From the NCBI GenBank assembly GCA_000934665.2, contig KZ538085.1, positions 62,001 through 126,000 on the forward strand: a stretch of DNA of 64,000 bases, read 5' to 3'. Within the stretch, counting starts at the first letter, position 1, and each line of letters opens with the position of its first letter. Below the pieces are notes generated by a model that was given only the letters and a program-made list of their open reading frames with translations, did not search any database and was not told the origin of the DNA. Made by a program: the position numbers and the translations under genes. Source of the stretch: Catajapyx aquilonaris (lineage: Eukaryota). Below, piece after piece: positions 28,403-42,590 of this stretch.

Positions 28403-30480
28403 TTTCACCCTTAGTTTCCATCTGAATATGCAGCCAAAGATCACACGATGCACTTGTGAATTTCTTAGTAACATCGATATTTTATACCATAAAGTAGCCT
28501 AATATTGCAAACTATTCTGTCTGTCTTCTGCCACTTTTTGATTCCGCGAGTTTACATTGTTGTGAATGTACGAACGGGAGGCAACAGACGAAAATAAACA
28601 CTGCCGTTATAATAATTGCATTTCAATTTTGTTGATTTGAGTCAGCATCCCCACACATGCATAATTGCATTCTCTTCACTTACAACAACTCGTATTACAG
28701 TACTCTACAATCGAGACGCTACATGAAAAGATCTCCAACTTTGGAAGACCCATTTTGATCAAAACTGAGCTAAGCATTTCGTAACATAGTCCTTGAGACT
28801 TACTTTCTTATAAACAAGTCAGTGTTAAAATATTATTTACGTCGTAAACTGAAACCGGTGTCTCAAATAGGGTTATGGGTCATTTCAATATTCAATTCAA
28901 GCACTTTCGTTTCGGATACATAGTATCATCACAATACTGTAATTTTTCCTCAGGTAGGAGCAACTTGTACTTTATGGCACTATATCTTTTAGATTTTATT
29001 GCCCATTTTTTGCAAGGCTTTTTTGTTTATTCCGAAGGTGTATGTAAGCACAGTAATTATTAATGTTGTGTTGTCAGCTAAATTCGAGATCACACTTTGA
29101 TTAATACTAATAATGTCAGGGACTAATCTGCGCCATTCTCTATAGTATACAGTACATCCAAAATCCAGGAGTTTGCCCTATAGATCTAATGAATCATCAT
29201 GAAACACCCTATCAATTAGCATATAATCCATCTTTTCTGTACCACTTCGAGCTGCAAATGAGTATCCGTATTACCATAATAAATTCGATATATCCTGTGG
29301 GTTGACGCGGGCCAGGTCAAAATTAATGTCACCAAGTTTGCAATGTATACAGTATAGACTTTCTCTTCTGGCAAAACTATAGATGGAGGTCTAACGGCCG
29401 GCAACACGTGTTTGGTACACAGTGCAATCTCTCACTCTAACGTTCATGATGGTGTGACACAAAAACAAGTCTGAGTTGCATCACATCATCTCGATAGCCT
29501 CTCGGTTTTTAAAGAAATATTGTTGCTTGTGAGATGTGCACTCCACAAGTCCCACTGCAAGAATGATGCTTGTGTACGTACATGCTGGTGTGTGACATTC
29601 GACCTTACAGTGGAAGAGACATCAATCCATTTCAGTGAGGCAATGCTGCCATTTGCATAGCCCATATAAATCCTCTCCCGATTTGTGCAATAGCAAACCT
29701 GCCTAGCGGTCTGGCTATAGGTGATTATTTCTTCCATCGTCTATTTGGCTGGTCCTCAATGGTATACACAGTCTCCATTGACAACATTTCAGGCACCCAC
29801 AGCACGTACCACTTTCCCTTTTGACAATGAAACTGCCTCGAGATCAAGTTGAATGGAATGGTTGTTGACAAAACAAAAAGCGATACTTTATTTTACACTT
29901 GCAGCTTTGGATATTATCTGTTAGGTTACTGCCTATTATATAATTCAGTCATTAGCCTATGTACTGTACAGGGTGTTCCAAGTGGTTATGACTTTTGTGG
30001 CACTGAACTGCTTATTTGAAACAGTTTCTTTGGCAACGTTACATTTTAAATGTTATTAAAAAATAGTCATATACCAAACATGGCTGTATTGGCTGTGCTA
30101 ATAGTCCCAGAGTGTCTTGGAACATTCTTGAAGTGCATGTAAAAAGGACAAAGGTCACTCGGCTGGCTCTTGAATAAGAACGGAGAATGCTTGAGGGTTA
30201 TAAGTTATGCTTGTGAAATTGACGATGCTGATGTTGATGCACCATCGGGGATGCATATACAGAGGGTGTGGAAATGTTACGGAGAGGGTGTAGCTGACCG
30301 AGGTGGTAAAAAGGGCAGAAGGTGAGAGGTGTGCTCTAGTCGGGTGACAAACGCCACCAGTGGACCCATGAGGTGGCTGCTCAACATATTGGATTTGTTT
30401 TATTGTGTGCTGAAAGTGCTTTTGCTGTGACACTTGTGAGTGCACATGTTGCCTGATTATTTGGTGCAGGCCTCTGTGCC

Positions 30481-33400
30481 ATGAGGGGGCTTCTTACAAT
30501 TTTGGGTATGTATCACCTATACAATAGAATATTATTTTAATATTCCTGATATTCTTCGGAAAATATTTCGCTCTTTATTATTCATGTGGTGTCATACATT
30601 ACACTGTCAGAAAATCGATTGTGCCAGTATGCAATTTGTAACATTTTTTGAGGAAAGTGTATGACATTTTGATAATAGTTGGGCTAATTTATATTACTGT
30701 GTGACATTTTAGTGGTATACAGTACAGACCTTCAATTTCAGGCCTGTTCGTCTTCTGGATAGTGTCGTTCAGTCGTGTTCAGGGCCAGTTGGAAAACAGC
30801 CTAGAGCCACCTCCTATAACACCTGATGATGAGTCCTTTGCTGGACTGACTGATTATGATGACGATGATTCCAATGAAAATGGGGACTTCCGAGACTCTA
30901 TTCCAGGAGAACCTGGAAGAGATTATCCGCTGAATTCCAAGCCTCCAGCAGCCTTTAGTTGCCAGGGAAGAGAGCCAGGTGAGGGAACAATGTTTATTGA
31001 TGAGGCATGCATCACTCTGCATTTTAGTTGTAGCCTACTGTACATCTTGCTCTGTATTTCCTGGAATATTCAGCAAGTAGACACACACTGCGTTAAACTT
31101 GTAACATAAATAAATTGTGTGTCTTAAAGCTTGTTTGAATTAATTAATTAATTAAATACGTAGTGCACTACCAATGTATGACGCCAAATTAAATGTGAAA
31201 AAAGAGAGACCATTATAGGTCTACATGCACAAGCCTGTTGATGTGTTATTATTCTGACTAAGTCGTGGTTATTATTAAGGATTTTAGGTTGTTGTTAATT
31301 TTGATCTAATTGAATCCATTGCATTGTCACATAGTCTTTTTAGGTCACTAACTTGTACTTGGCAACACCTTCATTTCTGATTGACCTTTCCTCAGAGAAA
31401 TGGCATGTTGTTGTTTTTGGTGGTGAATCACGTAACTTTATTACAAACGCTGTGCTCGCGCAACCACTGTTTTCACCGTAACGCAGACCGTGTTACATAA
31501 CAACATTTCCAGCAACGGGCATGATAACTCATCAACCGCTCTTCCAGAATTTGGCATGGCTTTAAAAATCTTCCATTTTGCTGGGTACGAGATGTCCAGG
31601 AGAATCGCGATAAGTCATATTAACACCATATCAGTATACTGTTGAATTCGTTTTATGAAAACTTTTACTTTGACCTCGTTAGTGGCCACGATTGCTATGC
31701 AGAGTCACATGCGAGGCTTACTAAAAGAGATGTCTACTATTGCGGTATATTCCCCCCCAAAAATATGACCTGTCTAATACTGTTGTGCAATTCTGTCCGT
31801 CGCAGGCTACTACGCAGACGTCGAGTCCGGTTGCCAGGGATTCCACGTCTGCGATTCGAACTACGGATTCATCGGAGAGAGCAAGCCCTTGTCATTCCTG
31901 TGCCCAAACGGTACCCTGTTCAACCAGGCCATACAGGTGTGCGACTGGTGGAGAAACGTGGACTGCGCCCTAGCTCCAATAAACTTCCCAGGAAGCGACG
32001 AGGACCACCAAGACCTCCAAATTGTAATTGCAAAGCAAGGAGAAGACACACGGCCAGACAACGGCACAGTACACAGTGAAAAAGAGTCTGGCTCTCCAAG
32101 AGTGACAAAGGTCAGCAAAAGGAAGAAAGGTGGACGGCCAGTCAGGATAATACGAAAACTGCGAAAGAAGCAGAAGAATTCACATGGTGGACATCAGGTT
32201 AAGGACGGAAAGAACGTGCAGGAGTTTCTGTCGGCAACTGAGAGTATTGAACACCAGACCGAAGTGCTGATTGATGCTGAGGGAATATTTCCGGACAATA
32301 GTCCCTCGGAGGATATTCTGCCTCCTTTGGAACCTGCTGGGTTGGGGTCATCTGCTCGTGGGAGGGTCAAAAATCAGGGGGTCACTCGCAGGAGGAAGAT
32401 ATCAACTACGACCAGCAGGCCATTGCGCGGCAGTGTCCTTCCTCCTGTTAAGGAAAAGGAGGTCGACAGAGGGTCACTTAACCCATTTGGGGTCCTCGGT
32501 GGTCAACCCTCTTTGGACAGGACGTACTTGCCTCCAGGGACAACTAGAGGGCGGTACACTCAGACCAGGCCCACACGTACACCCAAACCGACAAGGTCGC
32601 CTTACACGTACCTGCCCCCTTTAATAGAAACTGGACCTCCAGTCACAGAGAAACCCAAAGGGTACGTGTACACTACGCCACGAGTGACGTTCACTTTGCC
32701 GACAAGAACACGGCCACCAGCAACATACTTGCCTCCAGAAATAGTTACTAGACCTCCGGTAACATACTTGCCTCCAGAAATAGTTACTAGACCTCCAGTC
32801 ACGTACTTGCCTCCAGAAATAGTTACTAGGCCTCCAGTCACGTACTTGCCTCCAGAAATAGTTACTAGACCTCCAGTAACATACTTGCCACCAGAAATAG
32901 TTACTAGACCTCCAGTCACGTACTTGCCTCCAAACACTTATTTGCCTCCAGAGGAACCCAAAGGGTACGTATACACTACGCCACGAGTGCCGTTCACTTT
33001 ACCGACAAGAACACGGCCACCGGTAACGTACTTGCCTCCAGAAATAGTAACGAGACCTCCAGTCACATACTTACCACCAGAAATAGTAACTAAGCCTCCA
33101 GTCACGTATTTGCCTCCAGAGGAACCCATCAAAGGGTACATATACACTACGCCACGAGTGCCGTTCACTTTACCGACTAGAACACGGCCACCGGCAACGT
33201 ACTTGCCTCCGGACATAGTAACTAGACCTCCAGTCACGTATTTGCCTCCAGAGGAACCCAAAGGGTACGTATACACTACGCCACGAGTGACGTTCACTTT
33301 ACCGACAAGAACACGGCCACCGGCAACGTACTTGCTTCCAGACATAGTAACTAGACCTCCAGTCACGTATTTGCCTCCAGAGGAACCCAAAGAGTACGTA

Positions 33401-34249
33401 TACACTACGCCAGGAGTGACGTTTACTTTACCGACAAGAACACGGCCACCGGCTACGTACTTGCCTCCGGACACGACAACGGAACGAACAACGACGACAA
33501 GGCGACGTGTAACCAGCACCCCCAAGACGACGAGGCTGCCGAACACATATTTGCCACCAGAAACACCCAGCACCGGGTACGTTTACCCAACGCCTTCAGT
33601 CACCTTCACTCTACCGACAAGGACACGACCACCGGCAACATATTTGCCTCCGGACACAACAACGACGAGGCCGACAACGACAACGACGACAAGGCCTCCT
33701 ATAACTTACCTACCCCCCTTCGAGACCACCACGTCCAGAACAACGTGCACTTGCCCTACCAACAAGCCAGTCGGATACATATACGACGAACCCACTAACC
33801 CTCTGAGGTACCCACCTCGTCCTCCGTACCAGGGGTCCGTACCTGCTGGAAGCATTATGCAACCGTTTGTCAGCCCTTTCTTCAACAACAACAACAACAA
33901 CAACAACAACATGGCGTACGACCCTCGGTACAACCCGTACATCATGCAACAACCAGGCTACCAGCAACCCAACTCTCAGTTCCAGCAGCGACGTCCACAG
34001 CTGGACAGTGTGTCGTCGGCTCAGTTAGCAGCGTCGCATCAGTGGCCTGGGGCGGCCCCTGGTGGTTATTGGCCCGGGTGGGGCGGCCCCGGGTATGGGT
34101 GGGGGCCCTCTCCTGCTTGGAGTGCTGCCCCGGGTCCTGGGTGGGGTCCTTGGTGGGGCGGATGGGGAGGGCCTGGATGGTGGTGGGGTGCAGGTGGGTG
34201 GGGACCTGGATGGGGACATGGGTCACAGGGGTCACAAGGGTCACAATGA
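30481..34249 (+). CDS. Secreted CBM14 protein with TYLPP/GYVYTTP repeats and a Gly/Trp/Pro-rich tail, paralog B
   Basis: Exons 30481-30505, 30742-30978, 31806-34249. Signal peptide MRGLLTILGLFVFWIVSFSRVQG. SIPGEPGRDYP, then GYYADVESGCQGFHVC..FLCPNGTLFNQAIQVCDWWRNVDC. Repeats of VTRPPVTYLPPEI. Confidence 0.9.
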
Positions 34250-35102
34250 AATATTTAATGCCAGGAATAAATAAAAGTCATGCGCTGCAGTGACGAATTT
34301 ATTGGTCCGTCTTCCACTCCTCTAAAAGTTAACATCACGACCCCAAAGTAAATAAAATATAAAACCCTGCCTTGGTGTTCAATATATTGGTCGTCATACT
34401 TCTCACTGTTCTCATTAATCATAAAGTCAACCTGTTTTAAAGGGCATTTTTTGTATGTAGACTGTAGAGGAAGGTAAGAATCTGGCGACTATACTCTGCA
34501 TTTCATGGAAATAAATTATTGAAGTGTTGCTAAGGCTAATGATTCACATTTTATTTCGCTTTCCTATCCAACAATACAACGAGTAGGTTGTACTTTATTT
34601 GGCATCATTATGACTCAGATTTTTTTTTTCTTGCTATAGGCAACAACACCTATCATGGGAACATGCAACAGTACCATTTATCTACCAAAAAATATATTGC
34701 ATAACACTAAAAGCATAGTGCAGTTAAAAATAACTGCAGCAGCTAGTATTTCTGAAGAAGTTCTAGTTTTATTTTTAGCATCTAAAACAATAATTAACCC
34801 GATAATTAGTATGTCTACAATGAGACTCTGGATACATTAAGTGTCACCTCCTCTTGATTATTAATGCATAATAAGTTGTGAAATTGCTTATTAACATGTA
34901 AAAAGTGGAAAGAGTCGCACACCAAGGACTTAAATATCTGAAAATGGCAGTGGGTGACCACCAGGTCACAGTGGTCCACATGTTGTCAGGTCACAGACAA
35001 CGAGAGATCTAATTACCCGGTTGACCCCATAACCCCATAAGTGCAAGTGAAACAAGTACACCGATTGCATATTTGTGCACAGCTTACAAATTTTATTCAT
35101 TC

Positions 35103-38100
35103 CTATATTATATAATCGTAATCAGTAAAATTGAGGTACTGTGCCGTGTCGTACTGTAAAGTGTCGTACTGCGACGGGTGGTACTTCGATGTGTCGTAGT
35201 CCTGCAAAGTGTCGTAAAGAGAGGTGTAGTCGTATCGCGAGGAGAACTGCGGGGAACTGCTGTAGGACGAGGACTGTCCGTATCGAGACCACGAAGTTCT
35301 GTCCGTTGCACGTCGTCCTGGGAACAACGAAGGATGATGTACCTGTTCGTACCTGTAGTTGTACTTCGGATCAGGTCCTACAGCAGTGTGCAGCTCGTAC
35401 ACCAACGGAGCCCTCTCGATGCTAAACTCGGATGACTCTTGCTTGGTACCGATGTGTCTTCCGTACGACGTCAGTCCTCCTCCACGGGACCAAGCACCGT
35501 CATATGGTGGTAGAATATGCTGAGCAGGTACGTACTGCTGTGAGTACCCGTGTGTGTCAAGGTACGACCACATAGAAGGAGGGTACGTCAACGGGTTGGT
35601 CGGTTCATCGTACTTGTATCCGCAGTTGTAGGTGCATGGTCTCGGCGTGATCTGCTGGTATGGCGTGGTCTCATATGGAGGAATGTAAGTGTACGGAGGC
35701 CTTGTCGTCGGTTTGGGAGTTTCCTTGACCGGAGGCAGGTACGTATTTGGTGGTGGCAAGTACGTATTCGGCAGTAGAGTCATCGTCGTACGTCTTGTAG
35801 GAGTAGTCATTCTTGTGGTCGTAGTCGTCGGTGTTGGAGTCGTTGTGACAGGAGGTAAGTATGTGTTTACTGGAGGCAAGTACGTGTTTATTGGCACTCG
35901 AGGTGTCGTGTGCCTTGTCGTGGTGCGTCTCGTCGTCGGCTTCGACGTTGTTTCAACTGGAGGCAAGTACGTGTTTACTGGAGGCAAGTACGTGTTTACT
36001 GGAGGCAAGTACGTGTTTACTGGTGGCAAGTAAGTGATGGGAGGCCTCGTCGTGGTAAGTCTTGTGGTCGTCGTAGTCGTTGGTTTTGACGTCGTTATGA
36101 CAGGAGGCAGGTACGTGTTTATTGGAGGCAAGTAAGTGTTTGGCAACCTCGTTGTCGTGCGTCTTGTGGTGGTAATAGGTTTCGGAGTTTCGATAGGAGG
36201 CAAGTAGGTGTTTATAGGAGGCAAGTAGGTGTTCGGAAGTCTCGTTGTCGTGGTTCGTCTTGTTGTGGTACGTCTTGTCGGCGTTGGCTTCGAAGTCGTA
36301 ACAACAGGAGGAAGATACGTATTAATTGGAGGCAAGTAAGTGTTTGGTAGCCTCGTGATGCGTCTTGTCGTTCTTCTTGTGGTAGTCCCTGGTTTTGGAG
36401 TTTCGATGGGAGGCAAGTATGTGTTTGGAGGCAAGTATGTGTTTGGAAGCCGAGTCGTACTTCTTTTTGTGGTGATACGTCTCTTCCTCGTGCTGGTAGT
36501 CCGTCTGGTTGTGGTGTCCGGAGGCAGGTAAGTGTTTGGAGGAGTTAATATTGTCGTTTTTCTGGTTTTTGTGATTCTCTCAGGGGGCAAGTAGGTGATG
36601 GGAGGAATATACGTGGGTGATGGTTTTGTTACCTTTTCTGGAGGCAAATAGATATCGGGTGTCTTTGTGGGTTTGGATGTTCTTGTAGGTTTAGTCTGAG
36701 TATACCGTCCTGGAGTTGTCCTCGGAGGCAAATAGTCTCTGTCCAACGATGGTTGACCACCGATGACCGCAAATGGTGAGAGTGGCCCTCTCACCTCTTT
36801 TACAGGAGGAATAACATTGACTGGCAACTTCCTGGCAGAAGCTGATGTCTTTCTTTTACGAGCTGTTCCTCTGACTGTTTCTGGAGGCAGAAATCCCACG
36901 TTGAACCTCACTCGAGTTTTGTCCTTTTCTACTCGTTTCCTGCCTGTCCTCCGAGAGTCGAAATGTTCATGTGCAGCATCCAAAGGAGGCAGAAGGCCTT
37001 CAGAGGGCGTCACTTGCCTTTTCCTAACCTGCGAATTATTGCCCTGATGGGCAGACTCGGTTGTGGGCAGAAAATCCGCAACACTTGTTCTACTTGACAG
37101 CAATTGGTATTGTGAATTCAGCTTTTTCCTCCGTCTTACTATTCGAACGCCCTTCTTCCTTTTGATGACCTTTGTACCAGAGGATGAGCGAAAGCCTGGT
37201 ACATCTTGCATTTTTATAGTGTCCTGCAGGAAGTCTGTGGGTGCACCCTGTCGTTTTGGGTGTTCCTTGGGTGTTCGGCTGCAGTCCACGTTTTCTGTCC
37301 TGTCGCACATCTGAGTGGCCTGGTTGAAGAGCGATCCGTTTGGACACAGGAGGATCCTACTGGCATCAACAGTACCACCAGAATTCTGACCGCAGACGTG
37401 GAATTCCTGGCAACCAGATTCGACATCTGCGTAGTGGCCTGTAATGATTGTACAACTAGGCTAAATGCAATTATTTTTGTATGTCATATATTATTTGTTT
37501 GTTCATTTATTTATTGGAGGAGCCTATTGTAAAACAAGATGTAGCGCAGAACATCCATCTCATCTCCTGACTCTTGCTTGTTACTACTTGGACATGACTG
37601 TGCATAACAATTGAGGTGGGCTGACCAGTTAGAAAAAACTAGGTCATATAGTAGGCGTTTATTTCGCGTTAAGTTCAAAGCGCCTACTGTTTTATGGCGT
37701 CCAGTACGCAGTGGGTTGTTTTAATTTACATATTAACCAAAACTTACATCAGACTTGGGTTTCTTATCAATATTAATTAAATTAAGTAATCCGCTAATTT
37801 ATTTTCAGTGCAATTAACTAATTACATAATGTTGTAAGTTAGTTTAAAATATGTTCAAGGTACTTTTATCTTCCCTCGTCTCTCACCTGGTTGTCTTCCC
37901 TGGCAACTGAATTCAATCTGAATTCCATTTGAATCATCGGGACCTGGAAGATGCGGCGTCTGGTTGTCCACCTGACCCGTCTGGACGTGTCTGGACGACA
38001 GTGCCAAGCATATGGACAAAACTGAAATCACAACACATACAGCAGAGAGGAAAAAATCAATGCGGGTGAAACTAATAATAAAAAGCAAGGAAATGTTCAA

Positions 38101-38354
38101 CGTGAGTAAGTTATTACTCTGCTTTAAATTCAGAAAGTCTCGTTATCCACATAATGTAACTGGCTTTTACATAGCTATACGATCGTACTAGCTAGTGCAA
38201 AATATTATCTCTGATTGCCTTTGCAACTTCCTGCTATTTCTGGGGTTTTATTAATGTACTGTATTTGCATAAAATTCAGTACGAGTCGCAATTATAGAAT
38301 GTAAGAAAACAGTGTTTTTCACTTACCTAAATTATTAAGAGGACTGGCCCTCAT
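35103..38354 (-). CDS. Secreted degenerate-CBM14 protein with NTYLPP repeats, paralog C (convergent with B)
   Basis: Exons 38354-38327, 38021-37887, 37438-35103. FSCQGRQPGHYADVESGCQEFHVC..LLCPNGSLFNQATQMCDRTENVDC. Same exon phases as A and B. Confidence 0.87.
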
Positions 38355-38770
38355 GGCACCAACTACAATTAAACGGAGTTGCACACATGAAATGCAATGG
38401 TGTGGTGTCCACCTTCTGGGCACAAACTGGTATTTTTGGGAGACATGTCCAGAAGCATATGTCACACGTAGGTTGACCCCGCCTCAACAAGACGACGATC
38501 CTCCCTCTCACCTTCGGCCCATTTTAATTCAGTACCCTTGTAAGTCCCCCAGCAAGTTTCATATATTTCGACACATGCAGCATCAACTATTTTTCTTATG
38601 CACCTGCGACGCTGCATCCTTGCACCACGACCTATGGACTCATTCCCTATGGCCTATACCCATCCAACTAGAGCTAGATGAACTCGGTGTCCTTTTCTGA
38701 AGAGGCTCCTCAACCATCATTAAAACTTCGATTTTTATTATATTACTTTTTGCCTCACTACGCAATAATT

Positions 38771-38999
38771 GGACGGTGTTATGCAATAATATGTCAACCC
38801 ACAAAAAATGTCGAAATTGAGTTAAGCCCAGGAACATACACCCAAAGGATCCTACTTCATTCGGTCACAATCACGCTGTGAAATCTGCATACTTTTGCCA
38901 CAAATTACCGATATAAAGAACACCGAATTATTTTCACAGGTATGACCTTCAGAACAGTTTTTCTCGTGTGGGTTGACTCCTTGTTGCATAACACCGTCC
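38771..38999. mobile_element. 229-bp MITE with AATT target duplication (Sola1-like TSD)
   Basis: TIR GGACGGTGTTATGCAA / TTGCATAACACCGTCC plus inner GTCAACCCAC / GTGGGTTGAC; AATT at 38767-38770 and 39000-39003. Confidence 0.7.
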
Positions 39000-39229
39000 A
39001 ATTGTTAACCCCCAAAACAACCAATCATTATTTTTGTTGCCTCTAGTAGTGAACAAAACAATGCCTCGAGGGTACTATGTTGTGTCAACACCTTGTTAGG
39101 AAGAAGCTGGGGACCATTCAACTTGTATGTCTAGACAGCTTCGAAATCACGGTCGAAAAGGGAAAGCAGTACGCAGGAGATGCTATCCCGCATCTCATGG
39201 GAACCAGCTGTAAAATAAAGTAAGTTAAT

Positions 39230-39475
39230 TTAAAATGATTCGGATTCGGATTCAGCTTCAGCAGAGTCTAAATAGATTTCATGATCAACTTTCATCCTAT
39301 GTCATTGTTTTCCTTATCGTCAATGAGAAAAAGTCCACTCGAATCACGCTCGCGCGCGATTGGCCGATTAAAAGCTTGGCCATGAACTCTGCTGAATCGG
39401 AATCCGAAAACCGATTGCCTTTATCTCATGTAAGGCCCTGATAACTGTCCACAGACGGACGGACAGACAATCTGA
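39230..39475. mobile_element. Probable TE relic (Helitron/DINE-like)
   Basis: Inverted TTCGGATTC..CAGCAGAGT / ACTCTGCTGAATCGGAATCCGAA and an ACAGACGGACGGACAGAC microsatellite; the class is a guess. Confidence 0.35.
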
Positions 39476-39635
39476 AAAACAGTCTTTTAAAAAAATCCAT
39501 CTGAACGAAAATGCCGCAACAGAGTGAAACGCTCAGGTTCAATTTCCAATGTTGTAAACCGGCTGATCAAGTATTATTCTCATGCCCCGTTCCCCTTTTT
39601 TGTTTTTGTTTTAAATTAATAATGAATCAATAATC

Positions 39636-39636
<1 letters not shown>

Positions 39637-39684
<48 letters not shown>
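39637..39684. repeat. (AAT)n microsatellite
   Basis: About 16 AAT units. Confidence 0.95.
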
Positions 39685-39685
<1 letters not shown>

Positions 39686-40560
39686 TGTTCTGTGTATGTA
39701 GCGCAATTATTTGTAATGTCCGTATAATGTGTGATGAGAAAGTGTAGATTTAAGTTGCAAAGGGGGCGACATCTCTGGAGACGGGGGCGGAAATCGGGAA
39801 ACTGGAGAACTATTTCATCCCCTCCGTTTTAACATTTCCATCAGGAGACCATAAGAAAGGAAAAAGGAGGTGGTCTCAATGCGGCGAGTTCAAATTCGGA
39901 CGCTGCTATGCGCACGACTCGTTACGTCACTGGCGGGAAGACGCGTCCGAATTATTGCGCCTCCTTTAATTTACACAGCTTAACAATACATATTTAGCCA
40001 CAAACAAATCCGTAACAATCAAATAATGTGCAATTAAAAACAAGAAAAAGGGGGGGGAGGAGATGAGGAACAGCCCACTATACTGCACTGTACATATGTT
40101 GCTTATTTACGTAAATGCGACTTGTCCTTGAAGTGGTCACCTGCTACGCATTGATTGCGGGTAAAATGAGCGTACTTGCCCCAAATATATTTAGTGGCCA
40201 ACTACATGCGTACCGTTTTAAGAACCGAATTACGTTTAATTTGCAGTAATAGTACAAAGCGACGGTAACAATGATCCGTATAACGCGCAGTATATGGCGC
40301 CCCATCTGTGGAGAAACACGTGAAAATGTAAACTGGCAAGTATTTCACATCCCCTTCATTTCAGCTCTTTTGATAGGGGATCGTAACGTGGAAGGAGGTA
40401 TACGAGCATTGCCCGGATGGGGACGTAACTGTGCACGTTCAAAGCATAACATAATTAACGTTAATTCAGGCTCTTGGATGCCAGTGACAATCCGACATAA
40501 ATTTATAATTACTTAAACTGTGTGCACATCTGGTGCACATTAATAAATAAATAAGTGAGT

Positions 40561-41028
40561 TTACACGCTCCATAAGTGCTCCGATTGTAACCCTATTGAC
40601 CAATCACACAAGCGCTAGCAGACTTAAGAGCCTATCAGAAGACAGAATTTCAGCAGCTGGCATGTGTAAATTATTCGGAGCACAAAACCGCACAAAACAA
40701 GAGGTGACATCCTGCCCACCCACAGTTTGTATATATATTAAATTAGGCTATTAAATTTAATGCCGAAATGTTACAGTACTATAGTCTGCAGATTTTTAAA
40801 ATTAAACTGGGCGTCCTGTACATTACAGTACATAGTGTATTACACCGCTATTACACGCTCCATATGAAACCATTTTGACCAATAACACAAGGGGTTGATG
40901 GCATACGAGCCAATCAGAACACGGACTTTGTGTAGCTAGAATGTGTAAACTAGCAGGAGCACAAAACTGTGACGTCACAAGAGGTGTTACCATGCAGTAC
41001 AATTAGTATGTAATTAAAATTAGGCTAC
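40561..41028. repeat. Diverged ~180-190-bp direct repeat upstream of RPS11
   Basis: 40561-40750 vs 40851-41028. Both start TTACACGCTCCATA, share TTGACCAAT.ACACAAG, GAGCC.ATCAGAA, GGAGCACAAAAC and CAAGAGGTG, and end AAATTAGGCTA. Confidence 0.75.
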
Positions 41029-41144
41029 ATTATAATGATAGATTAATATGTAAAATTAATTAGTGTTTATTTTAGGGTGTTTCCCCATAAACGCAAGATA
41101 TTATGACCGGCGTGGTTGAAGGGGAAGCTCGAGAATCGAACACG

Positions 41145-41155
41145 TCTTCGTTTCC
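41145..41155 (+). promoter_or_regulatory. Candidate polypyrimidine (TCT/5'TOP-like) start region of RPS11
   Basis: TCTTCGTTTCC immediately upstream of AAAATGGCG; such tracts are typical of ribosomal-protein genes. TSS not verifiable. Confidence 0.4.
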
Positions 41156-41158
41156 AAA

Positions 41159-42590
<1,432 letters not shown>

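Noticed and set aside
29968..30131. Tc1/mariner-like ends CAGGGTGTTCCAAG / CTTGGAACATTCTTG
   Set aside because: Right end degenerate and TSD not intact; too weak to call
34040..34220. GW/WG repeats as Argonaute hooks
   Set aside because: The protein has a signal peptide and CBM14 domain, so it is extracellular
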